NCBI RefSeq assembly: GCF_032062105.1
Contig: NW_026923523.1
Location: 62,001-126,000 of the forward strand
From: Saccostrea cucullata
Taxonomy: Eukaryota
Reading direction: 5' to 3'
DNA length: 64,000 bases
Every line of letters begins with the position of its first letter. The stretch's first letter is position 1. A program made the translations under genes and the position numbers. This document shows, piece by piece, positions 24,121 through 36,294 of this stretch. The notes under the pieces were generated by a model. The model was not told where the DNA came from. It made no database searches and was given only the letters and a program-made list of their open reading frames with translations.

Positions 24121-24835
24121 TGTCGACCAGGGACAGGTCGACGGTTGACAGTTGACACTTTCCATATGATATACTGTCGACCGGGGACAGGTCGACGGTT
24201 GACAGTTGACACTTTTCGTATTATCTACTGTCGACCGAGGACAGGTCGACGGTTGACAGTTGACACTTCCCTTGTGTTCTAGTGTCGACCGGGGACAGGT
24301 CGACGGTTGACAGTTGACACTTTGCATATGTTCTACTGTCGACCAGGGATCGAGAGGTCGACGGTTGACAGTTGACACTTTTCGTATTATCTACTGTCGA
24401 CCGGGGACAGGTCGACGCTTGGCAGTTGACACTTCCCTTGTGTTCTAGTGTCGACCGGGGTCAGGTCGACGGTTGACAGTTGACACTTTTCATATGTTCT
24501 AGTGTCGACCAGGGACAGGTCGACGGTTGACAGATTACACTTTTTGTATTATCTACTGTCGACCAGGGACAGGTCGACGGTTGACAGTTGACACTTCCCT
24601 TGTGTTCTAGTGTCGACCGGGGACAGGTCGCCGGTTGACAGTTGACACTTTGCATATGTTCTAGTGTCGACCAGGGACAGGTCGACGGTTGACAGTTGAC
24701 ACTTTTCGTATTATCTACTGTCGACCGGGGACAGGTCGACGGTTGACAGTTGACACTTCCCGTATATTCTAGTGTCGACCGGGGACAGGTCGACGGTTGA
24801 CAGTTGACACTTTGCATATGTTCTACTGTCGACTG
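24121..24835. repeat. 54-bp minisatellite, 13 full units, trimeric higher-order structure
   Basis: Units start at 24121, 24175, 24229, 24283, 24337, 24395 and continue to 24773; constant core tgtcgaccggggacaggtcgacggttgacagttgacac. Confidence 0.95.
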
Positions 24836-24840
24836 GTGAC

Positions 24841-25087
24841 AATAAACCTAATCACAGGTATTAATGCTAGACTAACCCTAATCACAGCTATTAATGCCAA
24901 ACTAACCCTAATCACAGGTAATAATGCGAAACTAACCCTAATCACACCTATTAATGCGAAACTTACTCTTTTCACATTAATAAATGCCAGACTAACCCTA
25001 ATCACAGCTATTTATGCAAGACTAACCCTAATCACAGCTTTTAATGCGAGACTAACCCTAATCACAGTTTTGAATGCGAGACTAACC
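24841..25087. repeat. 30-bp minisatellite, about 8 units
   Basis: actaaccctaatcacagctattaatgcgag consensus with 30-bp period. Confidence 0.92.
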
Positions 25088-25331
25088 AACTGTCAACTGT
25101 CCCCGGTCGACAGTAGAAATGGTTAAATGTCAACTGTCAACTGTCCCCGGTCGACAGTAGAAATGGTTAAATGTCAACTGTCAACTGTCCCCGGTCGACA
25201 GTAGAAATGGTTAAATGTCAACTGTCAACTGTCCCCGGTCGACAATAGAAATGGTTAAATGTCAACTGTGCCCGGTCGACAGTAGAAATAGTTAAATGTC
25301 AACTGTCAACTGTCCCCGGTCGACAGTAGAA
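25088..25331. repeat. 44-bp minisatellite, about 6 units, inverted relative to the 54-bp array
   Basis: aactgtcaactgtccccggtcgacagtagaaatggttaaatgtc; the core is the reverse complement of tctactgtcgaccggggacag. Confidence 0.92.
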
Positions 25332-26990
25332 CCGAATCACTACTTTTATATAAATATAAGCTTCCGCATAGGGACTACATACCCTTATATTGGAGTTGAC
25401 CCGACGCATTTTCAACTAAAATATTTTAAATTTATTTTTCCATTTTTTATGTTCACAAATACTTCATTAACGTAATTTTGATTGATTATCAAACATTTGA
25501 ATTTCAGTTATCGAGATACAAGACCAATTTAGAGCTTCAACTTTATTATGTAATCAAAGCCCATACCATGTTTTGTTTACTTTGGTTTGATATACTACAT
25601 TTGTGATACATGTTCGTTCAAAACATTTTTTTCAGGAAAAAAAATTAATTCTTAATACGATTAGACAGTTTGTAATGCTTTGCTGAATCTTCTTTTGTTA
25701 TAAATATGATATTTTCTATATGTAAACAAACACAAGACACGGTCCTTGTTTATATAATTAAGAGTTTTAAGTTCTGTATCTCCTATGTAAATCAACAAAT
25801 GATGTTCAAATTTTTGCTAATCATTTAATTAGGCATTGTAAACATTTAAGTTGGTTGAAAAGAATATAGTTGAAATTGTGCCCATGTCCCTTTAAAGGTC
25901 GAACCGTTCCTTAAAAAAAACTGGTCTTACTTTGTATAACATCATAATTATTGATCCCCTGGAACTTTAAACTTCAGACCACAAAGCTCGCGACACCGCA
26001 CATTTTACCTGTTTATTTATGTTGTCAAGAGTAATTTTATTTTTAAAACGGCAAACAAATAGACAGGATTTTTAATATCATGAACTAAAAATCTGCTGAA
26101 TTAAAGGTATGTAAGAATCAAAATTAAAGTACAATTCTTTCTGAAATATCTTTAATCATTTTTCTTTTGAATTAACCTCAATTTCGTAATAAAGTTAATT
26201 AAGAAATAGTCAAGATCTCCGTCCACAACGCATCATTGATTTTTTTTGAAATTTATTTTATCTGGGATGGAGGTATCAAAACCATCATTAGTAAGTCTAA
26301 CTTACTGTGTTACTTTTCAGTTACTAATCATGCTTACATCTGACATACATACATGTGACGGATTTATTACATATTAACGCATTGTCTGAGTATGGGGTTA
26401 CACAAGGGGTAGAATTAAGCAGAAATGAATATTCTTTTATACGTGTACGTTAACGAGATTTGCTCCTCAGCTTTTCTGCAGATTTTGTCTTGGTCTCTAT
26501 TTGAAAAAAATTCTACAACAATGCTTTAGATTTAGCAATAAATTTTGATTCTGTAAGGCTAATTGAACTATATATACAATATTAACCCCATAGTTAAATT
26601 CCATACCGTGAACATTTTTTAAGAAGAAAAGATAGTGAAATGATCTATGCTGGTTTAATCATATATCAAATTGCCTTTCATGGATTCTATCATCATGTTT
26701 GGCAAATTTATCAAAATTAATATATTTTGAAAGAGCTCGAAAAAATAGCCCAATTGAGGCTTATAACTAATATAACTAAGACTAGATGTGTATTTCAGTA
26801 ATATCTAAAAATTAACATAACTGATCCCCACTTTTTATTTCAATTTCTGGATATACAAGGTTGTTTTAAACAGTCTACGTGCATTCTAGAAATAATAAGC
26901 TACAAATTTCAAATGATATAACTGTTTTACAGATACATGTAGAATATTAAATATTTTAAATCTCTTATAATTAACAGGATTTTCAAAGCA

Positions 26991-28655
26991 ATGGATCTCC
27001 AACGTAATGCCCAGACAGTTATTCAATGTGACCTGTGTGAGACTGCTGGGGTACAGATGCTTTGTGATGTCTGTAATGTCAATTTATGTATAAATTGTAT
27101 TGGAAAACATGTTTCTGATGGCTACGACAAACACAACGTGGTTCCATTCAAAGTACAGAAATCAACCTTGATTTTTCCAAGGTGTACAATACATCCTATC
27201 AAAAGCTGTGAGTTACAATGTAAGGATTGCAACATTCCCATTTGTTCATTTTGCTCGGAATCCAAACAACACGAAGAACACGAACTCTTACCTCTTTTAG
27301 AAATGTTTGCTGCAAAAAAAGAATTCATTGAAAACGAGGAGAAAGAATTAAAGAACTATGTTTCCTCAACATATAGAACAAGGGTTATTGAAATAGAAGC
27401 TGAGATGACCAGGATACATGGCGATTATGAAAAACTTTGTGAATTTGTGACAGAACGGGGAAAACAATGGCACAGAATGATTGAAAAAATCACTAAAGAA
27501 ATGCTAGATGAAATTAATGAGATGAAGAGCAGACACCAGAGTATTCTGAAACAACATCTCGAGGAAATCAAAATGATACAGTCTCTTATTGACCAAACAC
27601 TGCTTAATATAAATGAAATCAAGGAATCTAATGATGTGGCCGTGGCTGTGGAGTACACCTCTAGAGTCAAAGAATTTAATAAATTTCCCCCCAAAATTCA
27701 AATATTCCTACCCACCTTTAGTCCACAATATATAGACGCTGGACTGGTTCACAAATTATTTGGATCTTTAACACCTTTACTTGCCAAACGAGAAGCGGAA
27801 AGTTACAGACTTCTGAATCCTGAAGCCACAGCAAAGGCACTGTTGGAAGAATCAAAGCTGATCTCTTCCATAAATACTGCAAGCACAAATCTTCGCAGTG
27901 TAACATGTCTTAAAGAAGAGGAATTCTGGACATGTTCAAGGGTCAGTGGTTTAATACAATGCTTCAGCACGCAAGGCTTACTCGAATCTTCTGTCAAAAC
28001 CAAATCCAGAGAATCTCCAAACGATATAGCTTTGACCAGTGAAGGAGATTTGTTATACACGGACTGGAAAACAAAAACCGTGAATAAAGTGAAAAACAAA
28101 AAAATAAAAGAAATGATTAGAGTACAAGGCTGGATCCCTAACAATCTCTGCGTGACCTCCTCTGGCGATCTACTGGTTACCATGTACAGTGATGATAAAA
28201 CAACTCAATCTAAAGTTGTCCGTTACTCTGACTCCACCGAAAAAGATACAATCCAGTTTGATGATGAGGGTAAACCACTTTATTCTGGAAACAAGCTCTC
28301 TAAATATATCAATGAGAATAGAAACCTGGATATATGTGTGGCTGACTATGGAGCCGGTGCTGTAGTGGTGGTCAATCAGGCTGGAAAACTCATGTTCAGA
28401 TATACTGGCCACTCCTCAACTATTAAGATAGACCCATTTAAGCCAAGAGGAATCACAACAAACAACCATTATCAGATCCTGACAGCAGATTACGAGAACC
28501 ATTGCATTCACATCTTAAGCCAAGATGGACATTTCCTCGGTTACGTAGATGATGTGACAACCCCATATGGTCTGTGTGTGAACGAAAGTGATTATCTCTT
28601 TGTTGCTGAGGATTATACAGGAGATGTCCTGAAAATTAAATATGTCAAGTACTAG
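26991..28655 (+). CDS. RING-less TRIM-like protein (2 B-boxes, coiled coil, NHL/beta-propeller), 554 aa
   Basis: CDLCE..CDVC...LCINC..H and CTIH...C..C...IC..C...H..H B-boxes; heptad region; KPRGITT..QILTADYENHCIHIL NHL repeat. Acceptor at 26977; probable non-coding exon donor at 26106. Confidence 0.9.
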   Translation: MDLQRNAQTVIQCDLCETAGVQMLCDVCNVNLCINCIGKHVSDGYDKHNVVPFKVQKSTLIFPRCTIHPIKSCELQCKDCNIPICSFCSESKQHEEHELLPLLEMFAAKKEFIENEEKELKNYVSSTYRTRVIEIEAEMTRIHGDYEKLCEFVTERGKQWHRMIEKITKEMLDEINEMKSRHQSILKQHLEEIKMIQSLIDQTLLNINEIKESNDVAVAVEYTSRVKEFNKFPPKIQIFLPTFSPQYIDAGLVHKLFGSLTPLLAKREAESYRLLNPEATAKALLEESKLISSINTASTNLRSVTCLKEEEFWTCSRVSGLIQCFSTQGLLESSVKTKSRESPNDIALTSEGDLLYTDWKTKTVNKVKNKKIKEMIRVQGWIPNNLCVTSSGDLLVTMYSDDKTTQSKVVRYSDSTEKDTIQFDDEGKPLYSGNKLSKYINENRNLDICVADYGAGAVVVVNQAGKLMFRYTGHSSTIKIDPFKPRGITTNNHYQILTADYENHCIHILSQDGHFLGYVDDVTTPYGLCVNESDYLFVAEDYTGDVLKIKYVKY

Positions 28656-29888
28656 GAACTAAAGAATAATCGACTTTGCACTGAATGACTTAACTTAATA
28701 TACTGTCAAAGAAAATCATGTAAAAATGATAATCTCTTTGTTGAAGAGATATTTACGGTGAATGCAAAGAAAATCAATTATATCAAGCACTAGTCGTTAA
28801 AGACTTACCGATTATGCACTCATTGCATTTTCTTATATAGTAAGAGAAATACATGTAAAAAAAGAACTATATTTCATTTATTTTTCTTACCATTTCTAAA
28901 CTTTTGTATAATTACATATTTCCGTGAGGTCAAATTTTCGTATTTTGAGGGAAAAATCTTGGTTCATGGGGATTCGATTTCTTGAATGAAGTATTGTTGA
29001 TTAATTATGCATGTTATATTTTACATTTCGTGGTGAAGATGAATTCGTGGGCCTCTTCATACCTCAATTACACCGGACATCAACCCTAACAAAAATTTGT
29101 GATTTAACAGTATTTTAAAGGGAAAAAGTATCACCAATTCAATAAAGTATCGTATTGGGGCTTCCTCTGAGTGTCAACACACGTACTTTTAAGAGTTATG
29201 TTTAATGTAAAGTGTGATCTTAGTTCAATTTAAAACCAATACTCAAAAGAAAATCAAGTTGTAAACGAAATTTTATCTACATATGGTAAACTCTATATGG
29301 GATGTATATCCAAAGTAAAATCATAGCATTCTTTTACTCTCCAGCCAAACCATTAACTTAGAAATAACAGTCGTCATCGGACAGACGTATCCAGTTTTGT
29401 TCCCTAAATGTTTTTTTTTATGGGAGAAAACGGATCGGACTACTGAGTATCATATAATATCAGACTGATTTGCCTAAGTTGTGTTGATCATAGTGTTTTC
29501 TTTTGTCCAAGGTGTAATAGATTCGATTGATAATAAGTTGACACTTGTTACGCTTTTATTATAAAAGTTTTACATTTTTTATTTCATGAATGGGTCTATA
29601 AGGCTATACATGACAAAGTTTTTTCAATAATGATAGAAAGTTTCATATACCGGTATATTTATCTTAGGGAATAAAGGCCTTTTGCGCAGAGGGCCGACTT
29701 TTACAGATGACGGCTAACTTTTACACTAAGACAAAGTACAGAAGCTCTGATTGTTGATCCTTTGCAATCTGTACATTATATCTCGAAAATTTTAAATTTT
29801 TCCTGTACCATCATAAATCTTTATATTGCTAAAACATTTTTTTTTGTTATGAACAAGAAACATACTTCTGAGCCTTTTATTCAATGCA

Positions 29889-31321
29889 TTATCCGATTAA
29901 GAATCCTGAAAAGTGAGAATAATAGGAACTTCCAGGATGATTGTTAGTCCCTCCTATTGATGTGAAACCTGCAGGCGCATTATACATCCTGACGTCAACT
30001 TCGTCTCCAACTTGAAGCTCTACAATTGTGTTCTCTGACTTCTTCAACCAGGAGCCCTTCCACTCAATGTACAAGTATCTCACAATTTCTCGGTTCTTCA
30101 TTATCTGTACTCGAAAGAGATCTGGTGCCGTTTTAGGAGTGTAAGGGCCTAATGTGAGAGTGAAAGAATACACGCCTTGAACGGGGGCGGTAAATACACC
30201 AGCTGTGTCGTTGTAGCCATTACCCCTGTTAAACAAGACTTTGTCGAACTTCAGAGGCCCCTTTTCCACTTTGACATCGGTACTTAGGCTGGCGTGGAAG
30301 GCGACCACCTGCCTAGTACCTGCTGATGAGCAAAAAAGGTATGAATAATTAAAATATACCTAAGTTTGATTACATTAAAGCTTACTAATATGTATATCTC
30401 GACCTTTGCAATCGAAGAAAATTGGCATTTATGAAAGTATACATGTTTTAAAAAAGAGAATCACAAAATCACTGTTTTATTTGCTGGGTTTGCCAGGACA
30501 TCAACGTTGATGTCACTGACATATCCAATAAACTAGGCAATGGTTCCTTATACATGTAATCTTTTCATTTATATTTAAAATAAAAATATTAATAAAGTAA
30601 AAATAAATACTGTATAGAAGCATTAAAACACGAGGCATTCCCTACAATTACCATAGTCGCTCTCCAGAGACGTCAAACAGAAAGAAGGAAGAGAGAGGTT
30701 AATAAGAAAATTAGGCAGTTGTCCGTTCACTTTACGAAACTTACATTTGGTTATAAATATAAAAAAAAAATCAACATACTTAACTTTAAAGCGCTATAAC
30801 AGAGAAAATGGGAATGTGAATAGTATTTCAAGACTTCCATATGGCGAATCACGAAAGGTATAAAATGAGATTCATGATTATAAAGAAAACTTTCAAAAGA
30901 AATGTGAAATGAGAATAGTGAAAGCTTTCATCAAATACCAGACATGTGATAATTATCTCTTTTTCTACTTACCAGTTTATTTGTCAATGAATAAATCAAA
31001 TTAAAAAAAAGATAGCAGAAGAAAATTCTGACTCAAATCCAGATGTGAATGAATAACATTAACAAATGAAAAATTTGAAAGCATGTATAATATAATCAAC
31101 ACAAAATTAAACTAAACTGATTTTACTGATGACATACCTGCTTGAATATTTTTCATCTCCGTTTCCAGATTTTGTATTCTGGTTTCCATTGTTAAGTCAT
31201 GTGTTTTAAGACAATTCTCATACTGGGACAGAGTATTGGAACAGGAGTGCCTGTCTCCAGACAAAGACCCAGTTACTGCGAGGACAAAGAAATTTAATAA
31301 TAAAAAGTAGCCAGGAATCAT
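29889..31321 (-). CDS. Secreted C1q-domain-containing protein A (signal peptide, short coiled coil, gC1q)
   Basis: Exon 31321-31138 (MIPGYFLLLNFFVLAVTG...METRIQNLETEMK, donor GTATGT, phase 1); exon from 30322 or 30319 to 29889 (VAFHA, FDKVLFNRGNGYN..GVFTAPVQGVYSF, HFSGFLI). TATATAA at 31386-31380. Confidence 0.9.
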
Positions 31322-32737
31322 GTCCGTCTTCTGTACTATCAAATCAGCCAGACCTCTGCTTCTTGCAAATAACTGGCTCTTATATAGAGCTTACATATAT
31401 CAACATCATTACTTTGAAAGGGTTTCAGCCGCTTAGAAGATAAATTACCGATAGTTAACCGATCAGTTAAAAGCAATGCACGAACAGTAGTTAATCCATC
31501 ACATAATTATGATATCGTGATAAGAGCAGAAAAAACAGCTATGAAATGTGTTGAATGTTTTAACTGCAATTGCTTGTGTCAATCAAAATAGCATCAATAT
31601 TTGTATTAACTGAATATGTTCTCCATTACAAATAGTGTTTGAAAAATGGACCTCCTGGAAATTCCAAATCAGATGGGATCAGAAATGAGATGAGACCAAA
31701 TGGAATCAGATACCAAAACCTTTGGGCAACACCATCGGTTAAGTAAACAATAAAATAAACTCAAACAGCACAAATTTGACCTGTCACACCTGCCGTGAGC
31801 CCTTTGTATTGATCAAGTAAATACACATTTAAAGACAATGTTGTTACCTGCTTTGTCAGCTGGGACTATGTTAAGGATGCGGTGAGCATTATATTGGCCA
31901 AAGTAGGAATACTCTTAGACACTAAATGACCGCCCATAGTCTCGAGATTTGTCAAACCGAGTACAAGTGCACTGCCGTAAGCAGACATATTAGAACATGT
32001 GCAAAATCATATTTCGTAATTTCAGAATGTTTCCAACAAGTCTTCCGAAAACATGAAAAGAAAAACTTTTTATTTCATTTTTTCAACCAATGCTAATTTC
32101 AACATTATGATACACAATTTTTCCAACGATACCCTTTAAAACAAATGTGTATCTATAGCAATATGTCAAAACTTTTGATGGTATAATTGAAAGCGGTAGA
32201 GCTTAATCGGCGTCCTGTTATTTTATATTTTTTGAATATACTTCTGTGGATTTCTTTTTTATACTTGGATATATATATAATAATAATGCACTGCCTATTA
32301 AAAGAATAACTAAATACTTAAAATCAGCATACCGAAACTTGTAATTATTTTAATACAGTTTTAGTAAATCATCCATTTAAATCATTGTTTGAAAGCATGA
32401 AAAATAAAGCAGTAAGCTTAAGGGACGATTATGATTTGCTCATTTTATGTCATACTCGTACATTTATGTATTTTTGATATCACATGGAAATCCTATAAAA
32501 TGTTGTTTACATACATACATTGTTCATATGTATATTTCTAAGTTTGACATGGACGTATGTCACTAACAAAATATATAAATTAAGAGAAAAAAATAAAAAC
32601 ACTGTATATCTTCTATTAGTCTTTCAGATCGTTTGATGCATAGAACAAAAGGAAAAACAGCACTCGAAACTAAAGTTTTGTACCCCCAAATCTGTTATTT
32701 CCAAAATAATCAAGTAGTAATAATTGGTTTGCTTGTC

Positions 32738-33608
32738 TCAGTGCTGATGTTTATGCTGAATTAAGAATCCTGCAAAGTGTGAGCTGTAGAGGGTTCCAGG
32801 ATATGTAGAGTTTCCTCCTATCTGTGTGAATTCTGCAGGAGCAATAGCAACCATGGTGTGAACTAGGTCTCCTTTCTGAAGCTCTACCAAAACGCTCTCA
32901 GACCTCTTGGTCCATTTGCCTCCCCAGTCTATGAATAAATACCCAATAGTTTCTTTGTTTTTCTTTATATACATTTGAAAGTAATCCGTCGCTTTTTCAG
33001 GCTGGGGTAGGCTTATTGTAAGCGTGAATGAATAGACGCCATCGACGGGTGCGGTAAACACACCAGTGGTGCGGTTGTAACCATCACCCTTGTTGAGCAT
33101 GACGTTGTCAAATTTTAAATGTCCCAAGACGGGTGTGACAGATGCACTAAGACCACAGAAGAAGGACACAACTAGGCTTGTCTCTGTTAATAAAAGATAA
33201 AAAAAAAAATAACATGTCATACAAAGTTTTAAAAAGTATACATCTTGATCAAACATTGGTATGAAAACTCATTTTCGCAAATATTCACAGAGGAATTTGA
33301 ATTGCTTTTCCAAATATAATATAGAAACTTTTATCATTTCTATTATCACTAAGAAGTTAAATTATCCTTAAGGCTATTTAAATATCTTCATATTCTGTAT
33401 TTAAAAAAAAGAAACTGCGTGATTTACCCTTGTGGATCTTTTTCATTTCAGTTTCGAGTGAGTGAAGCCGGACTTCCATTGCTGTGTGTTGTGTTTTGAC
33501 ACAATTTTCATACTCAAATAATTCCAAGGAACAGGAATTCCTGTCCCCACACGTCGACCCAGCCACTGTGACGATACAGAAAGCCAACAAAGAGAAGTAG
33601 AGAGCCAT
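32738..33608 (-). CDS. Secreted C1q-domain-containing protein B
   Basis: Exon 33608-33428 (signal peptide plus coiled coil, phase 1); exon 33183-32738 (GDGYNRTTGVFTAPVDGVYSF, HFAGFLI). TATAAAA near 33667. Confidence 0.92.
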
Positions 33609-34559
33609 AGCTTCTGTTCCCCTGATTTAGTCTTGATATTGGTTTTCGTGTGTTCTCCCTTTTTATAGGAAAACAGCAAATCACACGAGAGGGACACTTC
33701 AACATTTTTACTCTACGACCACTTAAAACTCATTACCCTTAGTGACCATTGACTCTATACGGACACTTAAAACACAACTATCTCAATTTATTATCATTGA
33801 CCTAAGAAAGGATAATCTTATTTACAAAGAGGTAAATTGTATAACAATTACTTAATTCTTTCTTTAGTAAATTACGGTCAATTCGATTCGTTTATCATAT
33901 ACGGCTATCTTTTTAATGAAGTTGAAAAAGTGTTAGAAAAGTCAAGCAGATAGAATTTGAGAGGATATTGACCGTAGTCTTAGGTCAAACATGTGAGCCA
34001 TTTTGTGTAACTCTATGAATTATTTTATATTTTCTTTAAAGACAAGAGTTAAGTATTGAACATTGTTACTTAATAAACCCAAAGGAATTTATCACAAAAG
34101 TTCACCAAAATAAATATCACAAAAACGTAGAATATCTTTACAATTTATACAACATATCACAAATTTTACCAAAAACGATGTGACCTTTCGCTGTTTACAA
34201 ACAAAAATAGACCATAAATTAGCATATACTTTCCTTCAGGGAAATAATTTTGGCATTGAATATGGATATACTTAAAAACTCTATGGAACATTTGGAAAAT
34301 TTAAAAGTACCAAGTTTTACCAAAAGCAATAGCATTTAAAAAAGTACATCTTATCAACACTTTACAAAATTTTTACCAAGATCAATGACAAAAACATAAA
34401 AGCAAAGAATTTTTTAACACTGTATACAACCATTTCCCACGATAATTTAAAGCCCATGCTTTATAACTTTTTAAACTTATAAACAAATATTTTTCAATAA
34501 AAATGGAAACCATAAATATCTTTTCCTTACTAGCTGCTTGTCATAGGTAATTTGCAAAA

Positions 34560-34780
34560 CTAAATTATTCTGAGTCTATAGACATGTACTCTGAAGTTGA
34601 TCTTAAAAAGATGATTGAGTTATCTTACTGACAATATCTATGTTAAAAAATTTTGTCTTCTTAGAAGTAGCTGGAAATCTCATGGGTATGAACTGCGCCA
34701 TTTTATTAACACATCTATTTTTGTACTCACGTGAAACAGAATTTGTTCTAAAAAGAAATTCTATATTAGAAAAAGAAAAA
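34560..34780 (+). mobile_element. Degenerate Penelope-like reverse transcriptase fragment
   Basis: Translates as GNLMGMNCAILLTHLFLYSRETEF, resembling the GIPMGTNCAPLLADLFLYSYE motif of PLE RTs, preceded by DNIY-like sequence; counterpart at ~41180-41350. Confidence 0.6.
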
Positions 34781-34789
34781 TACTGTGGC

Positions 34790-34935
34790 NNNNNNNNNNN
34801 NNNNNNNNNNNNNNNNNNNNNNNNNNNNNNNNNNNNNNNNNNNNNNNNNNNNNNNNNNNNNNNNNNNNNNNNNNNNNNNNNNNNNNNNNNNNNNNNNNNN
34901 NNNNNNNNNNNNNNNNNNNNNNNNNNNNNNNNNNN
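34790..34935. other. Assembly gap (N run)
   Basis: 146 consecutive N. Confidence 1.
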
Positions 34936-36294
34936 TTCTAATTATGGCAGAAAATTTAAATGAATTCCCTTAACCGTTTTTGTTGTTGTCTTCAGACTAA
35001 CACAAGAAATTATTTTGATGGACATACTTTCCCTAAAAATTCATAATCACCTAATTAGGATATGTTCGGTCGGCAGGGGATGTTCACCTACCTCTGATGT
35101 TTTAGAGGTCCATGTTTGCTCTGCCCCTATTTTGTATATTTTAATGGACATTTCAGCTTGAATAATGTTTGTTATTTCCATATATTTCATTAAAAGAGAA
35201 TTTAAAGATCCCCTTTAGCATTATATATATATATATATAGAGAGAGATATATTAATATATAATTATAAATAGATATATATATATATAGATCCATTTTCCG
35301 GCCTGCAATTACTTCAAATTTCCAAGTTGTACTTTCTCTTTTAATAACTGCATGTAAAATTTGAAAGTAAAGTTAAAACAAAAGGTACATCCAGATTTAT
35401 ATTTAATGCTGTTCTTGTGAGCCCACCATACAAGGAAAGGATGCAGTGATTTCTCTAAAAATGGAAAAAATGATTCAGTAAATATTCTAGAAAATTTGAA
35501 TTTTGTAAATTTCATGGAGAAATTAAATGAAGCAGATGAATGATATATTCAAATAGATATTTCATGAGTTTCAGTAATAACTGAACATATTATCAATTAT
35601 TGCTGTCAGCCAATACGTGGACAAGCATTGACATTGTCAAGATTCATATATTTAATAACTACGGTTACTTGTTGCTAGTTGTTCATACTTGTTCATAACT
35701 ATAAAATTCTGTACTAATCAAGATTGAAAAATTTACAACCTTGGTCAGGTTACGTGAGAAAGGGGCCATTTAAAGGCATACCATCCATACATGGGCGTAC
35801 CTTTTGTTTTAACCATACAATCCATGTTCATCGTATACTTCTTTGTATATTTTGAATAAAATACTTCTTAAACTTAATAACATACGATCATCAGTTTACT
35901 TTAACTGTTTAAAAGTGCATAGGCACAGTTAACATTTTCTGTATAATATCACAACGTATATTTTATGATAAAGTTTCACACGAAAATAAATAAAATATCT
36001 TATTTCATCTAAATGTTATTGAAATTTTGAATTTTTGGACGGGTCTGATTGATACATCCTTGCACTTTCACAAATTTTGATTTTTTTCTTAATCCTTATA
36101 TTAGGAAAAGTGACAATCTTGTTGTGTATATAAGAAAAATATTAAAACTTTAATCCAGAAAAAAATATTATATTCAGAGTAGAAATGTTCGACAGAAAAA
36201 ACCCCTTCACAGGTTTTGTCATTCCTTTATGTTTTTAGATGTTTGGCAGTAACTATATCCATTTCTTTCCTTCATTAAGGATTGAGTCCTCTCT

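Larger units (their letters stand above)
24001..25402. mobile_element. Merlin-like non-autonomous DNA transposon filled with minisatellites
   Basis: 8-bp TSD GACGCATT (23993-24000, 25403-25410); about 30-bp TIR ggctcaactccaatataagg.ta..gtagt / actacatacccttatattggagttgaccc; GG..CC termini. Confidence 0.8.
23984..25891. mobile_element. Kolobok-like MITE interrupted within its left TIR
   Basis: TTAA at 23980-23983 and 25892-25895. Removing the nested insertion restores left TIR agggacttggacgcattttcaacta, versus right TIR (reverse complement) agggacatgggcacaatttcaacta. Confidence 0.8.

Noticed and set aside
24121-24835. CRISPR array (palindromic repeat plus variable spacer)
   Set aside because: The spacers are only about 16 nt, similar to each other and recur in a 3-unit cycle; there are no cas genes; the context is eukaryotic and the array lies inside a TIR/TSD-bounded transposon
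24058-25126. Repetitive ORFs (STCPRST..., NARLTLIT...)
   Set aside because: By-products of 54-bp and 30-bp repeat periods divisible by three; no gene signals
27122-28412. Antisense ORFs over the TRIM gene (likewise over the other TRIM, avidin and NAPE-PLD genes)
   Set aside because: Shadow frames with no recognisable motifs
30640-30990. Micro-exons in the C1qDC-A intron (donor-like sites near 30650, 30750 and 30972)
   Set aside because: No frame-preserving acceptor found, and exons 1 and 2 already join in phase
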